Origin: Lama glama | Taxonomy: Eukaryota | Assembly (NCBI GenBank): GCA_028534125.1 | Contig: CM052817.1 | Span: 43,774,001-43,838,000, forward strand | Direction of reading: 5' to 3' | Length of the DNA stretch: 64,000 bases | Shown: positions 1-12,899 of the stretch, piece after piece | How the letters are laid out: every line of letters starts with the position of its first letter | Numbering within the stretch: position 1 is the first letter of the stretch | The notes under the pieces: generated by a model | Databases searched by the model: none | What the model was told of the DNA's origin: nothing | What the model saw: the letters and a program-made list of their open reading frames with translations, nothing else | Made by a program: the position numbers and the translations under genes

Positions 1-1174
1 TTATCTCCTGGTTTCATCTATAACACTAAACTCTTATTTTTCACCTCCTTCCTTCTTTATTCCCCTCAGGTTTTAATTGTCTTTTATCTTAGGTTTTAAT
101 CATCAGCTTTATCATCTTAGTATGGCCAAAATTTTAGAAGCAGCAACTCATTTTTAAATTGCCACTCTGAAAAATGCTACTTGTAATTCACTACCATAAA
201 TTACTTTTAATTTTAATTTCAAGTGACAAGCTATAATCAATACATATCATACCATAACCAATACCAAATAGACCAGATATGCCTTTAAAGGTCCCCCAAC
301 CCCCAAAACTGTCAGCATTCATGTGTAACCCTGTGTCTTTATCATCTTTCCTCCTCTTTCAAATCATTTTCTCTAACTTACTTTGACCTATGAAGCTGCA
401 GCAAACTCCTCAGAATTTTTCCGGGCCCCAAATGAAAAAAAAAAATCAATTAAATACTAAAATAGAAAGGAAAACAAAAATTTTTAAACTAAACAAGAAT
501 CAAGTAAAAGTAAGCCAGCTCCTTAGTTAGCATGACTAAGGAATAGATTGAAATGATCCCTTTCTAAGAATGAGTCACATTTCTGTCTGTCTTACACAGG
601 GCCAACTAACAATGGCAATACTTGAGAAAATGTTAAGACTCAGCTGATTACCTCACACCTTGAGGTACAGGATGAAAAGAGTGTTTTAATTTTCCATCAC
701 ACTTTTGTTCAACAGGGTGACTACGTGGCAGACTATATTGAGGAGAAAAAATCTGAGACCACACAGAAATCAGCAGCAAAGCATTCTGTGAGTCACACCA
801 TCTGTCATAATCTGCCTGGTTGGAAATGGGGGATGACAGAGTGTGAACCATGAATCTGTAGTCTCCGATCTAGGTTAAGAATAGTAATACTTGAAATTGC
901 ATAATACATCAGAAACAGTAATTTTAAAACCTTATACACCCAATTTTACCGAACACGGGACTTAGATATAGAGTGGGTAATGTTCAAAACCAGGGTCTAG
1001 AGTCTGACGGAGGGCACTTTATTATATAGGATAATCCAAACAAAATTAATCCCTCCCCCAGAAGATAGTAACTTGTTAGAGTCAGAAAATAATTGATTTC
1101 TTCCATTTCTTTTAATCTTTTTTTAACAAAAAAGTTATTTTATAAATCCCATAAAACTCTAGATCACCATATAA

Positions 1175-1625
1175 TTTTTTTTTTTGAACAGGAATAAAAC
1201 AGAGGCTTTTAATACAAACAGCAGTTAAGACACATGGGGCTGGGAGGCCTAAGAGGACACGGGCAGGTGAGCCAGGAAGATGGTGACCCTGGGAGGAAAG
1301 AAGGCACAGGGCTTCTCCTGGGAAAACTATCTGACCCTTGTGGCTCCCACTCCAGTCTCTGCCCAGACCAGTGGCCAAGATCCAAGAGACAAGCCCCTGT
1401 ATTGTGTTTCTCAGGTGCTCCCTTTTCCCAAAGGGTATGTGGGCCCAGATGCAGGGAGGGGATAGTGGAGAAGGGCAGGCCTGGGCTGGGGCAGGGGAGA
1501 GCCTGCAAGAACCAGACCTGGAAATAGCCCTAGAAGAAAACTCAGGAACTGACATGCCAACACCCCCTCACTCCTAGGACAGGTCTGCCCAACCAGGCTT
1601 CCGCCCAATCTAAGAGCCAACTGTA
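1175..1625 (-). pseudogene. Candidate 5'-truncated processed retrocopy (mRNA 3'UTR only); parent gene not identified
   Basis: Abrupt GC-rich island in AT-rich DNA. On the minus strand, ATTAAA (1213-1208) lies 22 nt before an A11 tract (1185-1175). No clear TSD. Confidence 0.5.
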
Positions 1626-1709
1626 ACCAGTAGAGAGTGATATCCTAAATTCTGTCTCCCTCATTAATGGGATTTTTACTCTTCAAAAATTACTGGACAA
1701 TGTCACACT

Positions 1710-2432
1710 CAGAAAAATGGTGAAAATGAAAAAGATAAACCAATTATTGGCGAGGATATGATTTAGTTGGAATTCTTATATATACTGTTGGAAGTTATAT
1801 TGGTACAACTACTTCAGAAAATTGCAAAGCATTATCTACTAAATATGAACATATACCTAACATGATCCAGCAGTTTCACTCTTAGGTGTGTATCTAACAG
1901 AATGCATATATATGTTCACCAAAAGAAATGAAAAAGAATGTTAATAAGTAACATTACTTGTAATAGCCCTAAAACTTCACCAGAAGACATGTATAAGAAT
2001 ATTCATAACAGCATTATTTGTAAAACTCCAAGCTGTAAAGGATCCACAAGTCCATCAACAGTAGAATGGATAAATCATGGTACATTCACACAATGGAATA
2101 TTAAACAGCAATGAGACTGAACAAAATACAAATATACTCAATACAGATGAATTTCATAAACATATTGAATGAACCTGGACCTCAGCCCAAAAATACATAT
2201 AGTAATTATTATTCCATTAGATAAAGTTTAAAAACAAGAATAACAAATATATGGCCTTAGAAGTCATGGTAGTGGTTACTTGAATGGGAGCAGTTTTCAA
2301 GGAGGGAACAACGGGGTTCCTGAAGTGTTGGTATTATCTACTTTTTGATCCATACACGAGGTACATGCTCACTTTGGGAAAATTCATCAGGCTGAATTCC
2401 TATTTCTGAATTTATGCTGTAAGTCAATAAAA
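1710..2432 (+). mobile_element. Old L1M (L1MC/ME-like) 3' fragment
   Basis: Typical L1 3' motifs: catgatccagcagtttcactcttagg, gtccatcaacagtagaatggataaa, ending in caataaaa. Confidence 0.8.
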
Positions 2433-3024
2433 GATGTTGGGCAACACCAACAATGTACAGCTACGCCACAGAGCTAGAACCTGAATCCTCAGCTTGTCTC
2501 TAGGGTCCGTGCTCTTAGTCACGATACTATTTTAGCAACTACCTTAAAGCACTACTTGCTCATACTATCTATTTTTAAATATGAAAAACTTACACATGCC
2601 AACAGGCAGTTAACTGTGTAAATGCAGGAACATAACTTGTACAAGCATAGATGATCCATACGGGGCCACCAGGGAGGCTGAGTGAGAATCACAGAAGTTT
2701 CGTTCTGATGGAATCTTTTTACCATAGGAATCTGTTCATGTCTTTCTATTTATGGTTAATAAAATGAAATTGACATTTCTCCTCTCCAAAACAATAAATG
2801 GGCAACATTATTTTTGCATTCAAAGTATATTTGCTATGTATGTAAAAATACTTTTAGAGTAATAAAGTAATTACTTTTAGTTCAAAGAAATAGTTATTGA
2901 TTTATAGAAATCATAGTTGGAGATATTTAATAAATATTCAAGGAATGAGTGACTCTTAGAGATTTGTTGACGCTCCTACCATTGCTACTAATTCCTCCTA
3001 GCCATTCATCAGAGGTAGTGACCT

Positions 3025-3458
3025 GGCATAGTGGGCATCTATTGGTCTTGCCTGCCTAGCACCCTTCTTTTGGTAAAGGTGTTTCAATATTGCTCTGGGC
3101 AATTTCTTCTACCCTACTGCATGCAATTCTGGTGAGATGATCAATTCTGCCTTCTCCTAACCAAGGAGTAGACGTGTAGACTAAACTAGACCAAGCAGAC
3201 TCTCTCTTCTTAAAATTTAAATCTTGAGTGGAGTGACAGAGGGTCAAACAACAGAGCTGATTCACTTTGACAACAGCTCTCTAAGGAAGCTGCCCACTGG
3301 TTCCTGCTGCTTAGATCTCTTAAGCTGGGTGCATCCTATCCAATCAAGTACTAGTTTGTTTAACTTTTCCTTAGATTCTGTGAATCATTCTATATACTTA
3401 TATTACATTTCCTCTTTAGTTAATTTCTGTTAACTGTACCTGAGGGAACACTGACACA
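3025..3458 (+). mobile_element. Ancient ERVL-type solo LTR (LTR16-like)
   Basis: Resembles LTR16: aatcttgagtggagtgacaga, ttccttagattctgtga, and terminal tttctgttaactgtacctgagggaacactgacac. Confidence 0.55.
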
Positions 3459-4333
3459 CCTGGATGTAAATACATTCAATAAAGTCACTACAACTTTGCA
3501 AGAGTCCATAGCATAATGTTGGTAATTGCTGAAGCTGAGTGGTTAATAAATGCAAGTTCTTTTTTTCTATATATTTGAAAAATTCTATAATGAAAGTTAA
3601 AACAGAAACGAATTTAACTCTAAAAATGATTACAGAGTGACAACTAAAGCGACCTCTGTAACATGCCCAAAACAGAAAAAGAAAAAAAAAAAACCAAATA
3701 AACAGAGCTCCAAGGACTATAAAGAGAACAAGTATTTACCAGTAAGCACACATTTATGAAAGGTTTTACTGCCACCTACTGGACACTGTGATTAACGACT
3801 TGCTATTAAACAATCATTGTATAGGTGTCCCCATCTCACCTCAAGCACTTTGTCTTTAACAAGATAATGCTAAGTAATACCATTAATTTTATGTTTACAT
3901 GTATGTTTATATTAGTAAATGTTATAGCACATCATTTCTAACAACATGAAATGCCACCTAAAAAAGGTATATCACAAAATTTTTGTTAGAAAGTACACTG
4001 GTGATTATCTTATGATGTCCTTGTTTTATAGAAGATCTCAGATTTTGAATTATTTTCCCAAAGGAATTTACACTGTTTACTCATAGGGATAGACCAGAAA
4101 GCTAGAAACCAGTCCTGGCTCTTAAATTCAGTGCATTATTTTTCTCCACCTCAGCCTTTTAAAATCTTGACTTTTACTACAAATTTTCATCTTTTATAAC
4201 TTGGCTAACTGCATATACCAGTGATTCTCAACCCTGCTGCATCAGAATTATCAGTTGAATTTTAAATTAAAATAAATTGATGTTGATACCAAAGATTTTT
4301 TAATCACGGCTTAAAAGATCCATTTGTAAATAC

Positions 4334-5130
4334 CAGCAGTTCTCAGTGTGGTCCCTGGACCAGCAATATCATCATCATCTGGGAGCAAAACTGAACAGGG
4401 TCCTGTGCGGCCCTCCCAAGTACAGATGCTTTTCTGTGTCCCCCATTTCTTGTCTGCTGAAGAAATGAAGTTTTCAGACTCCTAGACCTTCTCTGAGTTC
4501 CAAAGGGCATATTCAAACAGTTATTAACTAGAAGAGTGAGGGAATGTAGAAACAAAGGAAAGGTAGTCAAGAAACAATAGTGCAGAAGTGGGGCAGGGTC
4601 CTGGTTCCTCCTCAAGGGATACACCTAACAATCTGATAGTTATTCCACAGGAACTAAGGCCCCAGTACAGGTGGAGGACAGCAACTTCAGGCTGAGCATA
4701 AGCAGGTGGACAGACCCCAGATTGGTTGGAACTGGAAGGCTGATGGTTGAAGTTCCTGGGACATCACCCTGTTACCTCACCATCAACCAATCAGAGAAAG
4801 GTCACACATCCTGCAGTCCCCCCCCCCCAAAGTTTTGCCTATTCAAACACCTCTCAGAACACAATCAGAAAATTTGGGCTTTTGAAGTACTAGCTGCCTG
4901 TTCTCCTTGCTCAGCCCTTACAAATCAACCCTTCTCTGCTCCAAACTCTGAAATTTCAGTTTGTCTGGTCTCACTGCGTGTCATTGGGCACACAAACTTG
5001 GGTTTAGCAATGGAACTTGCTAGAAATGTAAATCTGCAACTTTTTTTCCAGATTGCTAACTGGAACCCAGCAATTTGTGCTTGCAAGCCCTCTAGGTGAT
5101 TTCAATGCAGGCTAACGTTTGAGAATCACG
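4334..5130 (+). mobile_element. MER5A (hAT-Charlie) split by an LTR; halves about 4334-4385 and 5011-5130
   Basis: Left half cagcagttctcagtgtggtccctggaccagc..ctggga. Right half ggaacttgctagaaatg..aagccctctaggtgattt..gtttgagaatcac continues the MER5A consensus. Confidence 0.85.
4386..5010 (+). mobile_element. Solo ERV LTR (~625 bp, artiodactyl ERV1-like) nested in MER5A
   Basis: Interrupts MER5A colinearity. Contains accaatcag (CCAAT) and an LTR-like U5 (gtttgtctggtctcactgcgtgtcattgggcacacaaacttggg). Confidence 0.75.
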
Positions 5131-6229
5131 AGTATTTTAATATATATTTTTAAACTTTTTACTTTTTAACTCTAAGATTTTAATTTATTGTTTTCTAAGA
5201 AAGAATAAAATACATTAATAATACAAAAGAGAAAGAGATTTACATGAAGAGTAACCTAGTGCAATTCTCCTATTTTTCCAGAAGCATACTATTAGGCACA
5301 CTCAACATTAGTTCTAGTCAGCCAATAGGAAAAATGCTCTAATGGGAGGTTAGGGAATAATTTATTCATAGACCAGTTAATAAGACCCTGGAATGTTCCT
5401 GCCCAGAGCAAGTTTTCCAACCATATTTCCTTGTTCTGGTTTGTTCTGCTCAAAAAGACACCTTTCTAAGACATAATTTATACCTTTGGCCACATCATAC
5501 CTTTTAACTCAGGAATGTCACTTGTAGAAATCGAGAGGAAAACAAATTATGCTCAAGTATTTTCTCCAAAGCATGGTAAATAACAAAGGCAGAGTGGAAC
5601 CTGAAAACAAGTTAAATGCCCAACAACTGGGAAATAATTTCATAAATTAGAGCATCAACAGGATGAAATATTGCTCAGCCATTAAAATAATGCTTTTCAT
5701 ATGAGATTTTAAATAATATACGGAAATGCTTACTTTATAACATCATGTGTGTGCATGTTCTCTCTGTTTCTCTGTATCTCTCTCTGTCTCTGTCTGTCAA
5801 TTGAAAAAAGATAATGGAAAATACCAAAACATTAATACTGGTTATCTGAGCAATAGGATTCTGAGTGATTTACTTTTTTATATTTATTAGTGTTTCTAAA
5901 CTTTTTAGTAAGATTATACTTATTCTATTAATCGGAAGAAAATCTATGAACACAGTAAGTTTCTACTCTTTGAATTAGGATCTTTAAATAACGATTAATC
6001 AGTGCACTTTCAGAAGACTGAAACTGTGGGAAACAAGTAGATACTTTTTCTGCTCTTTTCTCATCCCATTCCTCCAACCCTTTTATTTCTACTTTCTTGA
6101 CATCAAGTTATGCCAGAACCCCATAACTAGACATACCAAGAAACTGAAGTGTAATTATTCAGTATTTAAAATTTTTTAAACTGTTCAGTTCAACAGTTTA
6201 ATTTATCTTAGAATATATAAAAAGGAGGT

Positions 6230-6430
6230 AAAATAGCCTAATGATTAAGAGACGAGGCTTTAAAAATCAGACAAATGTAGGTTTGAATCTTAGTTTGCCA
6301 TTTAAGGGACCTCACACAAGTTTCAATTTCCTTATCTATAAAATGGGAGTACCACCCTCCTCATTGAATCCTTGTGAGGATGAAATTAAAGGATGCATAT
6401 GAAGCATAAGACAGTGGTAGACACTCACTA
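6230..6430 (+). mobile_element. MIR SINE
   Basis: ggtttgaatct and core tttccttatctataaaatggg..gtgaggatgaaat. Confidence 0.75.
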
Positions 6431-7384
6431 GAAGGTAACTGAGGTTACTGCTTTGTAGTTAATGTTACAGTGGTTTTTAGTAAATAGTTTTGAATTTTAA
6501 TTTTCCTGTGGGGAAAAAAGCTTAGTGGAGTACAATGGTTATTTGCAGTCATTTAGACTTCTCAGACCATTAAAATTTCATAAACAATTGAGAGACCTAC
6601 ATGGAGCCATCAAAATATCTTTATAAAGTTTTATTAAAATCTACCAACAAATTTATCAGCACTATTATTTCATACAAGAAAAAGCCCTTGAACATCCCCA
6701 AAAAAGTGGAAGAAGTCTCAGAGTAATGGAAATCATTCCCAAGAAAGGACAGTGGGCAACTGCGTGCCAAAATTATCCTTACTTTTTTCATTTTGTCACA
6801 TACCAGTGAACACTTAAGGACCAACACCAGATTGCAAACTGGCACTTGAACTTAGCCTGATTCTTCATCAATAATTTAAGCTATTTATCTATCTCATTGG
6901 ATATTCATTCAGCAAACACTGACAAGTTGTTATTAAGCAGAGGAATTCAGGATCAAATGAAGTATACGAAATCACTATACACAGTGCCTTGTGCAAAGCA
7001 CCATTAAAATATACACTATTGCTATTACAAAAAATATAAATACTATTAATTGATTCCTAAGAGAAAAACAAGATTTCCCACCCACCGGTTTTAATGACTT
7101 AGTCATTTTCTATGTTCGTGCTATCACAAACGACATGTAGAATTTTTTAGAGTGAACATTTTCCACATTTTTCTTTAGAAAATAGTCATACTTGTGACGT
7201 AGCTCATGATTCCTGCTATTCTCTGTCTTATGGGAATTGAGGATGTTACTTTTCCTCAGATGGTATGGCTCTCAAGGGAAAGTTATTAAGCTAGAAATTG
7301 CTGCTATAATTATCAGCATGTAGAATCTGAATTCTACGAAGAAAATTTAACAGGATCTAAAAGGTAGGTTCAGACAAAGTAAAT

Positions 7385-7390
7385 TTTATT
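7385..7390 (-). terminator. Likely polyadenylation signal (AATAAA) of MRPL1
   Basis: Plus-strand tttatt at 7385-7390 is the first canonical hexamer I see after the stop, about 170 nt downstream. Confidence 0.7.
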
Positions 7391-7558
7391 TTCTTATTTT
7401 TGAAAGCACTGTAAGATTTCCCAGTGTTAAAATTCACTTTCAAGTATGATGATCAAGAAATAACAAGACACCAAACATAGAAATTATAGTTTTATAATTT
7501 TCTTTGTTGCTTCTTGATCCACTGAAAATAATTTCACAATGCAACACATTTAGGCAGC

Positions 7559-7668
7559 TTATGTGTTACTTTCTTTGGTTTCTACTTCTCTAGGCAACAA
7601 CGGCTCGATCTTTAGTAACAAACCTTCACTTGTTGAACTTCGAAGGAAAGCACGTACCACAAAGGGTC
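7559..7668 (-). CDS. MRPL1: MRPL1 terminal coding exon (exon 9), coding part 110 bp including TAA
   Basis: Acceptor ctttgttttcag|. Encodes (G)[35 protein letters not shown], with the stop TAA at 7561-7559. Confidence 0.96.
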
Positions 7669-8141
7669 CTGAAAACAAAGAATCAATTTTCATTTTATTT
7701 GACAGAGATACCTAATCAGCAAATGCAAACATACAACAAGAAACTATAAGGTCTCATATATTTTCACTTGAAGAGTACTCATATAACTGAACTATTATTT
7801 TGAATTATAACAAATGGAAGACCATTTAATTCCTAGAGTAGACGACAAACAAGCTGTACTCTAGAATATTAGAGATTTATCACTGAAACTACACGTATTT
7901 AGTAATAATTCATTGCTCTCTTCCAGAAGGTGATCACCTAAAATTTATTTTATTGCCAAGTCAACAGTTAAGGGAGCAGGTGGTGATATTTACATTTGGT
8001 GACAAGATGCTAAATATTTATTTAAAACAGCCAGCACAGATGCTACCTCTGTGTTACCAAACACTTAGTAAAATTCCTTAAAAATTAAAAGGCTTTTCAT
8101 GAGAACAGTGTTAAGGGACCTCATTAAAAATGGCAGAGAGT

Positions 8142-8221
8142 GGGGGGGGAGGGTAGAGTACATGCTTAGCATGCATGAGGTCTTGGGTTCAATCCCCAGC
8201 ACTTCCATTTAAAAAAAAAAA
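8142..8221 (+). mobile_element. tRNA-Ala-derived camelid SINE (vic-1-like) with internal deletion
   Basis: ggggagggtagagtacatgcttagcatgcatgaggtcttgggttcaatccccagcac followed by an A tail; B box ggttcaatccc present. Confidence 0.85.
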
Positions 8222-9133
8222 GATAAGTGGGAAAGAGAGGATAACTAAATTGCTTGTAGAGATTTACTGTCCATCATTCTACTCCTGCTATAGGCTCAGA
8301 GGATCCTATGCTGCAATCAAAGTTCTCCATAAAATTTAAGAATCCATACACGTATAATCACTAATATTATGGTCATATCTAGGCAAGATATGGCAAAAAG
8401 ATATAACAAATGAGGTGCTTATTCACCAGTGTGTTTAACTCCAAAAGAAGGTTAAAAATAGCTTATAGCTTAAGGCTGTGTTTTAATTATATACTTGGAT
8501 TATAAAACTAAACATGACTGATCCCTATCCTATAATGGCAAACCTGTAAGTGCACAGTCAGTTCAGGGTAATGGACCCTTGTGTGGCTTCAACCAGCCAC
8601 GAGAGAACACGTTTGCCTGAGGAAGGCCTGTGCGTGGCAGGTAATGCAGTGGGTACTAGACGTGTTCCTGGCCTGACCCAGCTTCCACATCTTGACCAAG
8701 TTTCACTGTTCTCTGTGAATTACTCAGTTTATAAAGAGTGATTCTCATGACATGATGAAAAACCTTGTTTCCTTTCTAAAATAAGTAAGGGTAAAGAAGC
8801 CAATCACTAGTACCAGTGACAAAGTAAATGGTCTGGCTTCAAAACAGCATTTATCTCACAAATGATTTTAGCTTCTACTTAAATACCACTGTAAGTTTAA
8901 GGCAATCAGTTACAGTTTTCTTTCAGACTTTATTACATTTAATGGTAGAAATAATGTGGGAATTTACAAAGGCTTTAGGATGCATTCCTTATTAATGTTA
9001 AAGAGCTCTCCTGTTAATTAGGAATCCTTTGGAGAAATAAATTTTATTTCTTTAATCCCTGGAAATTTCATTGTTACTGTAGTTGCATGTTAACTGGATA
9101 GTTTTCTTAATATTTTACATTTTTCACGTATCA

Positions 9134-9268
<135 letters not shown>

Positions 9269-11674
9269 TTACAACATTAATGATGTTCAAGAGGATGATA
9301 TTACAATTTCTGGTAGCTGTATCAGTACTTATTCCAGGCAGGTTTTTTTTTTTCAAATATTCAACTAAAGCACATCATCTATTAAGAGACTCCACTGTGA
9401 AAGAAAAAAACTTCAATTACTCTTCTTTTAGAATGCTACATTTACATGTCTTTACATGTCAAGACTTAATGACCTTTTAGAACATATAGAAAAGTGTTTT
9501 GAAGTTGTTCTACTTGAAAGTCAAGGATTTCCCCAAAGCACATCCTGGGGCAGAATACACCCTACCTGCACCCTCCCCACATCATCACCCCCAAGGAATT
9601 CATAATATTTTCCCTTGAAGTTATTTGTTGATTTATTTTTTAAAAGAAACTAAGAAAATGTTTAGAAGTTACCGCTTTCCCAAGTCCAAAATAAAACTAC
9701 TTGACTACACACATTCAGCTAACACGTCTCACAGACATTTTCAAGATGTTAACGCTAACACTCTAACTCTGTAATAACAATTATCCTGCTACTTAGTGAA
9801 AACCACAGTAAGTAAATACATAGTGAATGAACCCCATTCATAAAACTCCCAAACCCAGCACACATCTTTGGAAAGGTCTTGTGCTTATCTTTCAAATTCA
9901 ATGCATGTTATTCTTAAATATATCAGCTAAAATCAGTTGTATTACATTCCAATGTTTAGAGGATTCTGCACTTTGCCAAATGAATCAATTTTTAAAAATT
10001 CACATAAAACTTATAACAGTGTTACTGACAAAAATTACACAGTAAAAGTTCAAGTTCAAACAAGAATTCTATTTTCCAATGACTCTTGAGACCACAGTAA
10101 GAAATGTGGTGCATAAGCATAAAGAGAATTTCTCCTACAAAAACCTGTGCTCATCATCAGACAGCATGTATTCGACTCTCGCTTGGGCATGATGCAATAC
10201 CAAACCCTAAATGAGACGGTGTGGATGTTACTTGAGGAATTTTTACTTTATGCCAATCCACAAGTAGGAGTTTTCAAAGGAAAAATCAGTAAAGAAAGAA
10301 ATGTTTAGTTCGTCTTATTAAATCCACAGACCTTACAGACTTTAATTTGCACTGAAGCAAGTGGTTCACCGTACATGGACAAGGCACCTAACATTTGCTA
10401 TGTTAAAAAGGAAAATAAACAAAAGAAAACAAAACACTAAGAGTACCAATCAACATGTGTCCTTTCATTCCTTTCTTAATTTTCCACTTTACTTCAAAAT
10501 GTCCTTCTTTCTATTATCAACTGAAGTAACCACCACAACTCTAGGGAGTTCCTTTACCCTTTGTTAAAGACCTATACCCACCTTAAATTTGGGGAGGCAA
10601 TAGATACAAGAAAAAGCAAGATGTCCAATGTATCTTTTTTAATAGTTACAAGCTATACTGTTAGAATGTACATACTAAACTTCTCAGATTTTTGTAACTA
10701 TCTTTTCTGCAGACTTACACTGCCAGTCCTACAGTAAGCTAACATATGCTTTAGAAATGACAAACAAATGTCTTCAATGATCTCATTAAGTTTTAAAATA
10801 AATTGTTTTAAAAAATAGTTTACACGTCTGTCCAAATTTTAGCACCTCTGTGTCCTCTACTGAATCTTAAAATATATTTATAGCCATAATACCTCATTTT
10901 ACTTTCCCTTTTAGATATTATGTAAAATTATGAAAAAGTTTAATATTTTATGGGCATAACTGTAATTACACAATTGGCTACTGATGACAAGATAGCTATG
11001 TACAAAAAAATGTATGCATGTATGTATGCATTTTATCAAAACTTGCATAGGAAATTTACTTGGGCCAAAAGTGATCTAGCAATAATTCGGGAAAGCAACA
11101 TTTATAAGCTTCTCTACCTGTATCTCAGCTGCTCTGCTCTTCCAACAGTGCTTTTCCATGCCATAATATTTTATGGTCTCACAAAGGTCGGAAGGACCAT
11201 CTGTGGCTACACTGTCTTTTAGATTCTCAACAGCAGAGCATAAGACTTTGTAAAGCAGGGAAAAACATTTGGGGGGAGGGAATGGGTTAACCTTGAAGGG
11301 GATACTGAACTAAAACACTATTTGTGTATACACTCATATGTATATTTGAATATGTAACAGTCACAATACTATCTAAATTTAGCTACAGTGATTGTCCACT
11401 GCAGGGCAAAATAGTTACTCCCTGTTCTGTAGTATAAATGTTTTTTAAGACTGACATACTGAATCCTCCCTTCTGCTTAACATTCTTATTATGTCAAAAA
11501 TAATTCCCTAAGCAGACTAGATGGAAGACTTCCGAAAGATGTCAGGGTGTGGCTCAGTGGATACAGAACTCTCTTTGCTTTAACTCAGATTTTCCTCTTT
11601 CCACGAATTCTCTTTCAAAGATTCCTAATCTTTGTCTTCAATCACTTTCTATCATTATGAGAAAACTTAAAAAA

Positions 11675-11950
11675 CAGTGGTTCTTAACCACTTCTTGTCC
11701 CTTTCAGATGTGGACATAAGCAAGACAAACCGTTACCATGAGAGTGTCTAAGACAGTGATTCTTAAACCTTTTTCAGGTTATCAAACCTCATTCTAGAAA
11801 AATGCACACAGGCACACAAAAATTTTAGCCTACGCTTTTAGGGTCTTCAAGAATTCTTAGATCTTTTAAAAGAAGGGGAAGAGAGAAGAAGGGCTCCTGA
11901 TGAAAGAGTCCCAGTTAAAAGAGATTCCCGGGCCACACTGTGAGAACCAT
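11675..11950. mobile_element. hAT-Charlie MER-type fragments
   Basis: TIR-like cagtggttcttaacc, cagtgattcttaaacc and cacactgtgagaacca. Confidence 0.5.
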
Positions 11951-12372
11951 CAGTGTTGATGTAAGTCTGCTCAAATACTTCGAAGGACTAAGGACAGCAG
12001 TGCGGAAAAAGGATTCAACTTAACTGTGTACATTTTACAGAGGACAGAACTAAAAAAGAAAAGCAAAGTATGTGTGTGTAATTTTTAAACAATCACATGT
12101 TCCTCCTACAGTGGCCAGCTTCTGTCACTATACATGTTCTAACAGCCTCTAGATGACTGCTTATCTCTAACTGGAAACTGCAGAGAGAAATGCTGCTTTG
12201 GATAAGCACTTGTTAGAACATCTGACCTCCAAAATCTCTTCCAAATGCAGTGTTCTTAGAGTATATAAAGGGTGGTCTGACATATGGTTTCTACATATGG
12301 GCCAATACTCCTAATTCCCTTGACCCCTAACAGTTTAAACCAAGAAAAGGAAGACAGTCTCGTAACAATGGC

Positions 12373-12700
12373 AATAATAATAGACTGAGCAGCTCTATTA
12401 TTGGGCACTTACTCTAAGCCAAACTCTGTTCTAAGCATTACAAGGACATTCTCATTCATTTTTCCCAAGCATCCTGAAGATGGGTACCATTACCATTCCT
12501 CTATTACAATTAGAAACTGAGAACTTAGAAAACTTTGTAACTTATTCAAAAGCACACATATGGTAAGGAGTGGCCCAGGAGCTATGTGAAGGAGCTCTAA
12601 AAGCAGAGAAATGTGACTTTGAACTCCATTTCCACCACTTACTAGCTTGTGACTCTGGACATGGCCGGTAAGTGCTGGTAATCCTTATGAAAACTGAAGT
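12373..12700 (-). mobile_element. MIR SINE (minus) followed by a plus-strand MIR fragment
   Basis: ttgggcacttactctaagcc..ttctaagca..gaaactgag..gtaactt; then ccaccacttactagcttgtgac. Confidence 0.7.
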
Positions 12701-12899
12701 TATCAGTTGTCTGGAATATATAAACAAGTTTGTTATAAACTAAGGGAAGAAAAAGAGGAAACTACGTGAAATACTGAAAGGAAAAGAATATACATTTAAG
12801 TGAGAAAAATATTAATTTTTCTTCCTGTCTAATGAATCCTGTTCTACCTTCCCAGTTTTTAGATGTTAACAGTATACCATTTAGCAACATTGACTTGGC

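Noticed and set aside
1112..1620. Cluster of seven overlapping ORFs (61-147 aa) on both strands
   Set aside because: A consequence of local GC richness; no recognisable protein domains. Better explained as UTR-like sequence.
4671..5099. 142-aa ORF
   Set aside because: Runs through LTR and MER5A sequence with a GTG start; no homology evident.
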